Shown piece after piece: positions 1-10,535 of a DNA stretch of 64,000 bases. A program made the position numbers and the translations under genes. The stretch is taken from the NCBI GenBank assembly GCA_963828735.1, contig CAWHFW010000005.1:1888001-1952000 (forward strand), written 5' to 3'. The stretch is from an uncultured Gemmatimonadales bacterium (GTDB lineage: Bacteria > Gemmatimonadota > Gemmatimonadetes > Gemmatimonadales > GWC2-71-9). Every line of letters starts with the position of its first letter. Positions within the stretch are counted from its first letter, which is position 1. The notes under the pieces were generated by a model. It did no database searches, had not been told where the DNA came from, and was given only the letters and a program-made list of their open reading frames with translations.

Positions 1-570
1 GCGGGCGACGTGGCGGCCGCACGGGCCGCCGCGGAGGAGCTGGCCGCGATCGCCGAGACGCTCGGCGCGCCGCTGCTCCGGGCCGAGGCGGCGCAGGCGC
101 TGGGCGCCGTGCTCCTCGCCGAAGGCGAACCGCGCGCCGCGCTCGATGCCTTGCGCGAGGCCAGCGCGGGCTGGCGGCAGCTCGACGTCCCCTACGAGGC
201 CGCACGGGCGCGGGTGCTCGCCGGCCTGGCCCATCGTGCGCTGGGCGACGAGGACACCGCCGCGATGGAGCTCGACGCCGCGCGCTATGCCTTCGGCGAG
301 CTCGGCGCCGCCCACGACCTGCGCCGGGTCGAGGCGCTGGGCCGTCGGGCCGGGGAGTCGGCGCCCGGCAACCTCACGGTTCGCGAGATCGAGGTGCTCC
401 GTCTCGTGGCCACCGGCCGGACCAACCGGGCGGTCGCGGAACGGCTCGGCATCAGCGAGAAGACGGTCGCTCGGCACATGAGTAACATCTTCACCAAGTT
501 GGGCTTACCCACCAGGGCGGCGGCCACGGCCTATGCCTACGAGCACGACCTCCTGTCGCGGCCGTCCTAG
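1..570 (+). CDS. LuxR-family transcriptional regulator (TPR-like region + C-terminal HTH), 5'-truncated by window edge
   Basis: C-terminal [44 protein letters not shown] is a LuxR HTH; frame is open from position 1. Confidence 0.9.
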   Translation, partial: AGDVAAARAAAEELAAIAETLGAPLLRAEAAQALGAVLLAEGEPRAALDALREASAGWRQLDVPYEAARARVLAGLAHRALGDEDTAAMELDAARYAFGELGAAHDLRRVEALGRRAGESAPGNLTVREIEVLRLVATGRTNRAVAERLGISEKTVARHMSNIFTKLGLPTRAAATAYAYEHDLLSRPS

Positions 571-724
571 CCCCTGGCTCTCCCCGGGTCTACATAAAAT
601 GACCCATGTCCGGCACTCGTCGGTTGGTGGGCATTCCGACCGAAGCAGGGAGGCGCGTCCGTGCGTACATATGGTGGCAGGCGACGACAGGGTCGCCGGA
701 CAAACCCACGGAGGACGTAGCATC

Positions 725-1849
725 ATGCGCGAGATCGAAGCGATCGACACCGTCGTGATCGGCGGCGGCCAGGCGGGGCTGTCGGTGGGATACCATCTCT
801 CCCGTCGCGGCGTCCCGTTCGTGATTCTGGAGGCCAACCAGCGGGTGGGCGACAGCTGGCGGCAGCGATGGGACTCGCTGCGCCTGTTCACGCCGGCCAA
901 GTTCGACGGGCTCAACGGGATGCCGTTCCCCGCGGCGCCGAACTCGTTCCCGACCAAGGACGACATGGCCGACTACCTCGAGGCCTATGCACGGCGGTTC
1001 TCGCTGCCGTTGCGGACGGGCGTACGGGTGGACCGGATCTCGAAGGCGGACGGTCGGCTGATCGTGAGCGTCGGGCCCCGGCGGATCAAAGCCCGCAACG
1101 TCGTGGTGGCGATGGCCGACTTTCAGCGGCCGCGCCTTCCCGCGTTCGCGCACGAGCTCGATCGCGGCATAGTCCAGTTCCACTCCAGCGTGTACCGCAG
1201 CCCCGCGCAGCTCCGGCCCGGCGGCGTGCTACTCGTGGGTCTGGGGAACTCGGGAGCGGAGATCGCGCGCGACGTCGCCCGGGCCGGGCACGAGACGTAC
1301 GTCTCCGGGACGCCCGCCGGCGAGCTCCCGTTCCGGCTCGACAGCCTGCCAGCCCGCCTCGTACTCGCGCGGCTCCTGTTCCGCGTGGTGTTCTACCGCG
1401 TGCTGAGGCTCGACACCGCCTTGGGGCGGAAGGCACATCACCGGACGGCGGGGCGCGCAACGCCGCTCATCCGCGTGATGTCGCGCGACCTGGACGCCGA
1501 CGGGGTCCTGCGCGTGCCGCGCACGGTGGGTGCGCGCGACGGACGCCCGCTCCTCGACGACGGCCGCACGCTCGGTGTGACCAATGTGATCTGGTGCACC
1601 GGATATGAGCCCGGCTTCTCGTGGATCGACCTGCCGGTGTTCGACGAGCGCGGCATGCCGGTGCATACGCGGGGGATCACCTGTGCCGAGCCGGGGTTGA
1701 GCTTCGTGGGGCTGCACTTCCTGTACGCGATGTCGTCGTCGATGATCCACGGCGTGGGACGCGACGCCGAGTACGTGGCGGAGCGGATCCTGGAGCGGGG
1801 CGATGCGACCGCGAAGGTGAGCGACGAACCGGTGGAGGCGGTCGCGTAG
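725..1849 (+). CDS. Flavin-containing monooxygenase / NAD(P)-FAD oxidoreductase (CzcO/ArsO-like)
   Basis: GGGQAG FAD motif, GDSWRQRWDSLRLFTP, QFHSSVYR, GLGNSG, WCTGY; GGAGG upstream of ATG 725. Confidence 0.88.
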   Translation: MREIEAIDTVVIGGGQAGLSVGYHLSRRGVPFVILEANQRVGDSWRQRWDSLRLFTPAKFDGLNGMPFPAAPNSFPTKDDMADYLEAYARRFSLPLRTGVRVDRISKADGRLIVSVGPRRIKARNVVVAMADFQRPRLPAFAHELDRGIVQFHSSVYRSPAQLRPGGVLLVGLGNSGAEIARDVARAGHETYVSGTPAGELPFRLDSLPARLVLARLLFRVVFYRVLRLDTALGRKAHHRTAGRATPLIRVMSRDLDADGVLRVPRTVGARDGRPLLDDGRTLGVTNVIWCTGYEPGFSWIDLPVFDERGMPVHTRGITCAEPGLSFVGLHFLYAMSSSMIHGVGRDAEYVAERILERGDATAKVSDEPVEAVA

Positions 1850-1874
1850 CGGAGCCCGGCACCGTCAGGCGTGA

Positions 1875-1906
1875 ATGAAACGAAGGGCCCGTTTGCGGGC
1901 CCTTCG
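1875..1906 (-). terminator. Rho-independent terminator, U-tract on minus strand, possibly bidirectional
   Basis: Perfect 11-bp stem CGAAGGGCCCG / CGGGCCCTTCG (1881-1906) with 4-nt loop, followed on minus strand by TTTCATT. Confidence 0.75.
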
Positions 1907-1963
1907 CTTCGTCAGCAGTCATGCCTGCGCGACCGCCCCCAGTTCACTCGGTTGCAACCTCTC

Positions 1964-2188
1964 CTACCCGACGTACCCGCGCACTTCCCTCCCCATGTCC
2001 AGATCCGACCCGCACAACGGGCAGCACGGCACCGTCGCCGCAATACGCCAGGTCCCACCGTAGCCCAGCCGGCCGACCCACCAGACCGCCTCCTCGCTCG
2101 GATCGCGCCGCACGCGCAGCGCGGAGGTCGAGCACCTCGGGCTCGGACACCGCCGAAGCTCCCACCCGCCGCTGTTGGACACCCCCAT
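1964..2188 (-). CDS. Small (74 aa) putative zinc-ribbon protein
   Basis: GGGAGG 5 nt before ATG, strong G/C bias at third codon positions, CPxPxC ... CCPLC motifs, terminator downstream. Confidence 0.65.
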   Translation of the reverse strand: MGVSNSGGWELRRCPSPRCSTSALRVRRDPSEEAVWWVGRLGYGGTWRIAATVPCCPLCGSDLDMGREVRGYVG

Positions 2189-2334
2189 GACACCCTCCCG
2201 CTAAGCATGGTCGAGGTTCGTGACGGGCGTGAATATGGGGTGCGGCCAAGCGGGCGACATCAGGCGCGCGTTGGGTTCTCCTGCCGACGATCGATGGGGT
2301 GGAACCCGGACCAAAGGCAGAGGCGCGGGGCGGC

Positions 2335-4950
2335 TCACCGATGCCCGAGGAGCGCCTCGAACCCCGGATCGGTGCGGAGCGGATCGAGCGTACGGTCGAT
2401 GCCGTACCAGGCCCGCGACTGTTGCGCCGGATGCATCAGGATGGACTGGAGCCGCGCGATCGCGGATGCCCGGTCGCCCGCCAGTACGTCGACGCGGGCG
2501 CGCACCCATGCGATGTACGGCGTCTGCAGCCCCGAGCCGAGCGGCTGCAGGGTCCCGGCCTGGTCGCCGGCCTCGCGCGCCTCGCGCATCCGGCCCGCCA
2601 GGGCGAGCGCGAGCGCCCGCGTCACGACGATCTGTCCCCGGTCCCGCCGATCGCCCCAGCGCGCGAGCATCGCGTCGTACGCGGTGACCGCGCTGTCCGC
2701 GTACGCGCGGGACCGCGCCGAGTCACCGAGGAAACGATGCGCCTCCGAGAGGGCGAGCGCCCAGTCAGCACGACCGCCGTCCAGATCGTCGGGGGTGAGC
2801 GTCGTGACGGTGTGGAGCTGGTCGTCCTCGAGCGCCCAGATCAGGTCCTCGCGCAGCGCCACGTAGGCGGCCAGCGCTCGCGGCCCCGCTGTCTGCTCCA
2901 GCTCGCGGAACACGCGGTGGACGCCGGCGAGGTCTCCCTCGGCGGCGGCGACGCGCGCGCGGCTGTAGCCCAGGCTCATGCTGGCGGGCCGCAGGGCTCG
3001 CGCGCGGTCCACCTCGCGGCGCGCGACGTCGTAGCGATGGAGGCGCAGATACGCGACGCCGAGCCAGGAGGCGGCGTCGGGCGAGCGGGGATCGACGCGG
3101 GTCGCGTGCTCCAGGTCCGCCACCGCCTCCGGCCAGCGCTCGAGCTCCATCTCCACCGTGCCCGCGGACGTGAGCAGGTCGCTCCGGTGCGGCTGCACGC
3201 GGAGCGCCTCCCGGTAGTCACGGAGCGCCTCGGCGAAGTTGCCCTCGACCACGAGGTGATAGCGGCCGCTCGCGCCGCGCACGTCGGGCGAGGTCGGCGC
3301 GAGCGCCTCGGCGCGGCGTAGCGAGGCACGGGCCGAGTCGGCGTCGTTCACCATGAGGCCGCCGAGGCGAAACACGTCCATCTGCGCCTGCGCGAGGTCG
3401 GCCCAGGCGGCGACGAACCCCGTGTCGAGCCGCACCGCCTCACGGAGCTCGACGATGGCGGCGCGAAGGACGTCCGGCGTGTACTCGCCCGTGCGCATCT
3501 CGCGGCTCCGGAGATAGCGCGCGTAGGCGTCGAGGTTGCGCGTGGGCACGGCGCTCAGCTGCGCGCGCGCGCTGTCGGTGAGCGCCAGGTGCAGCGCGCC
3601 CGCGACCTGGCTCGCGATGTCGGACTGGACCGCGAAGACGTCGGTGAACGCGGCGTCGAACGGGTGCGCCCAGCGGGTGATGCCGGTGCTCGCGTCGATC
3701 AGCTCGGGGCTCACCCGCACGCGGCTCCGCTTGGGGCCTCTCTCCCACCGTACGGTGCCGGTGAGGAGATACGGCACGCCAAGCTCCGCGGCGATGACCT
3801 TGGGCGACTTGGCGCTCCCGAGGTACTGGCTGGAGCTTCCACGGGCGATGACCTCGAGGCCCGGCAGCCCCGCGAGCTTGCTGCGGATCTCGTCGGCCAT
3901 CCCCTCGGCGAAGTACGCGTCGGCGCTGTCGCCAAGGTTCTCGAACGCGAGCACCGCGAGCCGCGCGGGCGATGCCGCCTGCGCCGGCGACGCGAGCGGC
4001 GGAGCGGCGACGGTGGTATGCGTGTGTGCCTGCCGAAGCGCCAGCACGACCGCCAGGGCGGTCGACACGGTGGCCACCGCGATCCACGCCCAGGGCGGCA
4101 CCCGCCGCCGCCGCGGCGCGGCCGCGGTGTCGGTCAGCGCACGGGAGAAGTCCGTCATGGACGGAAAGCGATCGTCGGGCTCGAGCGAGAGCGCGCGCTC
4201 GAGGGCGAGCTCGGTCGCGAGCGGGGCCTCCGGACGCACGCTCCGAACCGGTGGAGGCACCTCGGTCACCCGCTGCGCGATGACCTCGTGCACGGTGGGG
4301 GCGGCGTGCGGCGGCCGCCCCGTCAGCATCTCGTAGCAGACGGCGGCGAGCGCCCACTGGTCCACGCGCGGGTCCACCGGCTGGGCCATCGCCTGCTCGG
4401 GCGCCATGTACATCGGTGTGCCGATGCCGTGGCCGTCCTCGGTGAGGTGCTCGCCCGAGTGGGCGCCGAGTTGGACCGCGATGCCGAAGTCCGCGAGGAT
4501 CGGGCTCCCGTCCTCGGTGAGCAGGATGTTCTCGGGCTTGATGTCGCGGTGGACCACACCCGCGCGATGCGCGTAGGCGAGCGCGTCCGAGCTCTCGCGC
4601 GTGATGCGGAGCGCGTCGGCGATGCTCAATCGCCCCTCGCGGCGGAGCCGCTCGCGCAGCGACTCGCCGGGGATGTACGGCATCGTGTACCAGAGCTGTC
4701 CGTCGGCCTCGCCGGAGTCGTAGACCGAGCAGATGCTCTGATGCTGCAGCCGCGCGGCGGTCGTGATCTCGCGGCGAAAGCGCTCGGTGTCGAGCGCCGC
4801 GGTGACGTCGCGGCGCAGCAGCTTGAAGGCGACGGGGCGGTCGTAGCGGGTGTCGCGGGCCAGATAGACCGTAGCCATGCCGCCGCGCCCCAGCTCACGC
4901 TCGAGCTGGTAGCGTCCGCCAAGGGCGAGGGTCGGCACCGGTCGGGTCAC
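2335..4950 (-). CDS. Transmembrane Ser/Thr protein kinase with TolB-N-like and TPR region
   Basis: GRGGMATVY, VAFK, HRDIKPEN, DFG, GTPMYMAPE; TM segment; LAVLAFENLG...YFAEGMADEI motif; TPR helices. Confidence 0.93.
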   Translation of the reverse strand: MTRPVPTLALGGRYQLERELGRGGMATVYLARDTRYDRPVAFKLLRRDVTAALDTERFRREITTAARLQHQSICSVYDSGEADGQLWYTMPYIPGESLRERLRREGRLSIADALRITRESSDALAYAHRAGVVHRDIKPENILLTEDGSPILADFGIAVQLGAHSGEHLTEDGHGIGTPMYMAPEQAMAQPVDPRVDQWALAAVCYEMLTGRPPHAAPTVHEVIAQRVTEVPPPVRSVRPEAPLATELALERALSLEPDDRFPSMTDFSRALTDTAAAPRRRRVPPWAWIAVATVSTALAVVLALRQAHTHTTVAAPPLASPAQAASPARLAVLAFENLGDSADAYFAEGMADEIRSKLAGLPGLEVIARGSSSQYLGSAKSPKVIAAELGVPYLLTGTVRWERGPKRSRVRVSPELIDASTGITRWAHPFDAAFTDVFAVQSDIASQVAGALHLALTDSARAQLSAVPTRNLDAYARYLRSREMRTGEYTPDVLRAAIVELREAVRLDTGFVAAWADLAQAQMDVFRLGGLMVNDADSARASLRRAEALAPTSPDVRGASGRYHLVVEGNFAEALRDYREALRVQPHRSDLLTSAGTVEMELERWPEAVADLEHATRVDPRSPDAASWLGVAYLRLHRYDVARREVDRARALRPASMSLGYSRARVAAAEGDLAGVHRVFRELEQTAGPRALAAYVALREDLIWALEDDQLHTVTTLTPDDLDGGRADWALALSEAHRFLGDSARSRAYADSAVTAYDAMLARWGDRRDRGQIVVTRALALALAGRMREAREAGDQAGTLQPLGSGLQTPYIAWVRARVDVLAGDRASAIARLQSILMHPAQQSRAWYGIDRTLDPLRTDPGFEALLGHR

Positions 4951-5049
4951 TTCACGTCGCGGGTGTGGGGGCGGGGAAATTTGACGGGGCGTGGCCGGGG
5001 GCGCTACTGGGCTGGCAAGGAAAGGGCGAGCGTGGGAGGCGGCGCGTCG

Positions 5050-7149
5050 TCAGGGCGATGCGCCTCCTCCGCCGATCACCTCGACGTGCGCGATCCGATC
5101 CCCCTCGAGGATCCGCTCCGCCGCGGCCTGCCCGCCGTCGATCCGCCCGAAGATCGTGTACTCGTGGTCGAGCAGCGGATTGTCGACCAGGTTGATGAAC
5201 CACTGCCCATCGCCGGTATCCCGTCCCCGCGCGGAGATGCCGAGCGTGCCGCGCGCGTGCGTGCGCATGGTGAGCTCGTCGCGCATGAACGCGTCGTCCC
5301 CTACGTACTCGTTGGCGTCCGGCCCGCCACCCTGGATCACGAAGTTGGGCTCGACCCGCTGAAACACCTTCCCGTCGTACCATCCCGCCCGGACCAGCCT
5401 GAGGACCCGAGCCACCGTGGCCGGCGCCTCTCTCGGAAACAATCGCACGGTGAACGTCCCGCCGCCGCTCGACGTGGCCATCGTGACGCGGAGCCGCGTC
5501 GCCTCGTCGAGAAAGACCGCCGCCAGCGGCTCGGGTCGAATCGGGAGCGGTGACGGGTGAGGCTGGACGGTCGAGCCCTTCCACCGGCCGATCGTCTCGG
5601 CGGTGAGACTGGCGACCGCGGTGTCGTAGTCGGCGAGATAGGGTTGGAGGCGCGGCGCCGTCGCGCTGGTACCGAGTGAGCCGATACGGGCCAGCATGGA
5701 GAGCCGGGGGTCCCGGGCGTTCTCGCTGCGGGTGGCGCTCAGCCGATCGAACGCCGCCAGCAAGGCGTCGAGGGCGCCGGGCGTCGTCGTGCTGTCGAGC
5801 GCCTCGGAGGCGGCGAGCGCCACCTGATGGCCGCTCGAGCCGAGCGCACGGAGGTAGACGCTATCGGCGTCGTGGCCGACCGTAGTGGCGAGCCCGACGA
5901 TCGCCGCCTCCTGCACGTTCCGGTCGGGGTCGTGCGCGAGGCGATACAGCACGGGGCCGACGCGGGCCGCGGCGGCGGCTCGTGCCGCGTACACCCGGCC
6001 CTCGGCCCGGTCGCTTCCGGCGAAGCGCGGCAGCAGGCGAGCCGCCTTCGCGGTGTCGAGCCGCGCGAGCGCCAGGAGTGCATGCGCGCCCGCCTGCCAA
6101 CCATGGTCGGGCGGGCCCGCGGCCGAGCTCGCGGACGCGAGACGCTCGAGCGTGGTCGCGGCCGCGGCGGAGTCCGCGCACCCGCCGGCGAGCGAGTCGA
6201 TTGCGGCGAGCACGACGTACAGCTCTCGGTCGCGGGTCAGCGCGAGCATCGGGCCGCAGGCGGGCGGCCCATCGCCCAGGCGCGCGGTCGCGGCGACTTC
6301 GGTGCGGACGATCGTGCTCGGGTCGTGGAGCGCCCGCGCGATGAGCTGGGTGCGGAGCGTCGCCGAGAGCGTCCCGGCCCCGCGAAGCGTCATTCGGCGG
6401 GCCTCGTCATCCCGGTCGCGCGCGGCGCGAACCGCGGTGGCGCTATCGAGTCCGCCGGCCGCGGCGAGGGTGAGGAGCGACAGGCGCCGAACGGTGGTGT
6501 CGGGCGATGCGACCGCCGACGCGCGGAGCAGCGCGACCGTGGCGGAATCGAGCGTCCCGGTCGCTCGCCGCCCACGCGCGAGCGTGTAGAGCCCGTGGGC
6601 GAGGCCCGGCGTGCGCTGCGCCGAGAACCGCGCGCGAATGGCGGCCTCGGCGGCGCGCGCCGAGGCCGTATCGGGAAGCGGCAGGCGGCCGAGCGACTGG
6701 CCGAGGGCATCGGTGACGGCGGGATCGCGCTCGGCGTCGAGCGCGCCCGCGAGGGCGCTGGCGGCCTCACGCGTGCCAAGCACCGCGGTGTCGGTGGGCG
6801 TTGGATCGGTGCGGCGCGTGCGACGGAGCGACTGCGCGACGGCGTTCGCCGCCTCGGCGCGCACCGCGGGCGCCGGATCCCGCAGCAGAGGCACGAGCAT
6901 CCGGCCCAGCTCGGGGCGCTGGAACCGTCCGAGCCCACGGACCGACAGCCGGCGGAGCAGGGTGTCCGTCCCCTGGAGGGCGTCGAGCAGGGGCGCGAGC
7001 CCGTCGTGCCCCGTGCCGCGCGCGTCCTCGGCGACGAGCAGGCGCTGAAGGGCCGCCGTATCGGCGACGGCGCGGGCCTGGGCCGCGAGGACGTGGGGCC
7101 GCCACACCGCGAGGACGCACAGGCCGAGCAGCAGACTGCGTGGGCGCAT
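5050..7149 (-). CDS. Secreted HEAT-repeat protein with C-terminal cyclophilin-type peptidyl-prolyl isomerase
   Basis: Signal peptide; HEAT-like repeats (VRAEAANAVAQ); APATVARV...YDGKVFQRVEPNFVIQGG, DTGDGQWFIN, LDHEYTIFG. Confidence 0.88.
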   Translation of the reverse strand: MRPRSLLLGLCVLAVWRPHVLAAQARAVADTAALQRLLVAEDARGTGHDGLAPLLDALQGTDTLLRRLSVRGLGRFQRPELGRMLVPLLRDPAPAVRAEAANAVAQSLRRTRRTDPTPTDTAVLGTREAASALAGALDAERDPAVTDALGQSLGRLPLPDTASARAAEAAIRARFSAQRTPGLAHGLYTLARGRRATGTLDSATVALLRASAVASPDTTVRRLSLLTLAAAGGLDSATAVRAARDRDDEARRMTLRGAGTLSATLRTQLIARALHDPSTIVRTEVAATARLGDGPPACGPMLALTRDRELYVVLAAIDSLAGGCADSAAAATTLERLASASSAAGPPDHGWQAGAHALLALARLDTAKAARLLPRFAGSDRAEGRVYAARAAAAARVGPVLYRLAHDPDRNVQEAAIVGLATTVGHDADSVYLRALGSSGHQVALAASEALDSTTTPGALDALLAAFDRLSATRSENARDPRLSMLARIGSLGTSATAPRLQPYLADYDTAVASLTAETIGRWKGSTVQPHPSPLPIRPEPLAAVFLDEATRLRVTMATSSGGGTFTVRLFPREAPATVARVLRLVRAGWYDGKVFQRVEPNFVIQGGGPDANEYVGDDAFMRDELTMRTHARGTLGISARGRDTGDGQWFINLVDNPLLDHEYTIFGRIDGGQAAAERILEGDRIAHVEVIGGGGASP

Positions 7150-7282
7150 GACCATTCCGGTCGTCGGGTCGGGTGCCACTACGCGAACGTGGCCACGGGA
7201 GTTGCAGATCTTGCGGTGCCCGGTTTCCGCTCCATGCTTAGCGGTGCCAGGCACGACGCACGTCATTCGAAAGGATTCACAG

Positions 7283-9489
<2,207 letters not shown>

Positions 9490-9506
9490 CGGGGCCGCGA
9501 CGACCC

Positions 9507-10403
9507 TCAGTCCACCTCGATCTCTCCTTCGCTCACCAGCACGCTCGTCCCCCCGACCCGCGCCTCCACCACCTCCCCGTCGCGCTTCTCCGCCGCCACC
9601 TCGAGCACGCTCGGACGCCCCATCTCGACGCCCTGCGCGACGCGCCACTGGTAGCTCCCGCTCGTCGCGGGATCGTAGCCCGCGAGGAGCGCGCCGAGCG
9701 CCGCGTTGGCGCTCCCGGTGGCCGGGTCCTCCGGCACGCCGTCGAACGGCGCGAACATGCGGGTCCGGATGTCGAAGTCGTCGCCGGTGCGCACGTACAA
9801 GTGCAGGTCGGCCGTCATCCCGTCGCCGATCAGCGCCTCGAGGCGGTCCATCCGCGGCCGCGCGCGCTCGAGCGCGGCGCGGTCGCGCAGCTCGCCGATC
9901 AGGAACCGGAGCCCGACGGAGGCCAGTTGCGGTGGATGCGTGCGGGTGACGACGTCCTCGGCCGCGAGCGACACCGCCTGGGCGAAGGTCTCGGCGCTGA
10001 CGCTCCGGCCGAGGGTGAGCCGCTCGGGCGCGGACAGCTCGCAGCGGATGAGCCCGTCGCGCCGCTCGACCGCGATCGGCACCATTCCCGCCTTCTCCTC
10101 GAACGTGATCCGCATCGGCTGGTCGAGCGGCCCCAGCTCGCCGAGAGTCGCCAGTACGAACGCGGTGCCGACATTGGGATGCCCGGCGAACGGCACCTCG
10201 ACCGCCGGCGTGAAGATTCGGACGCGCCGCGTGCCACCTTTCTCGGGCGGGAAGACGAAGGAGGTCTCGGCGAAGTTGAACTCGCGGGCGATCTGCTGCA
10301 TCCGCTTGTCCGACAGCCCGGTGGCCGCGGGCAGCACGGCGAGCTGGTTGCCGCCGAAGCGCGTGGCGGTGAAGACGTCGCAGGTGAGATAGCGGTAGCG
10401 CAT
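9507..10403 (-). CDS. PhzF family isomerase
   Basis: DVFT..FGGNQLAV, FAETSF, EVPFAGHP, EDPATGSA, QGVEMGRPS. Confidence 0.95.
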   Translation of the reverse strand: MRYRYLTCDVFTATRFGGNQLAVLPAATGLSDKRMQQIAREFNFAETSFVFPPEKGGTRRVRIFTPAVEVPFAGHPNVGTAFVLATLGELGPLDQPMRITFEEKAGMVPIAVERRDGLIRCELSAPERLTLGRSVSAETFAQAVSLAAEDVVTRTHPPQLASVGLRFLIGELRDRAALERARPRMDRLEALIGDGMTADLHLYVRTGDDFDIRTRMFAPFDGVPEDPATGSANAALGALLAGYDPATSGSYQWRVAQGVEMGRPSVLEVAAEKRDGEVVEARVGGTSVLVSEGEIEVD

Positions 10404-10535
10404 GGACCTTCCTCACGGGTGCATGGGAACGATCGCTCAATGTAGAGCCGGCGCCGTCCGGGCGCTCGTCCGGCGCGGGCTGGCGTCGCGATCCGACACG
10501 TCCCAGATTCGACGAGTCCCCTCCCGCGATCCGAC

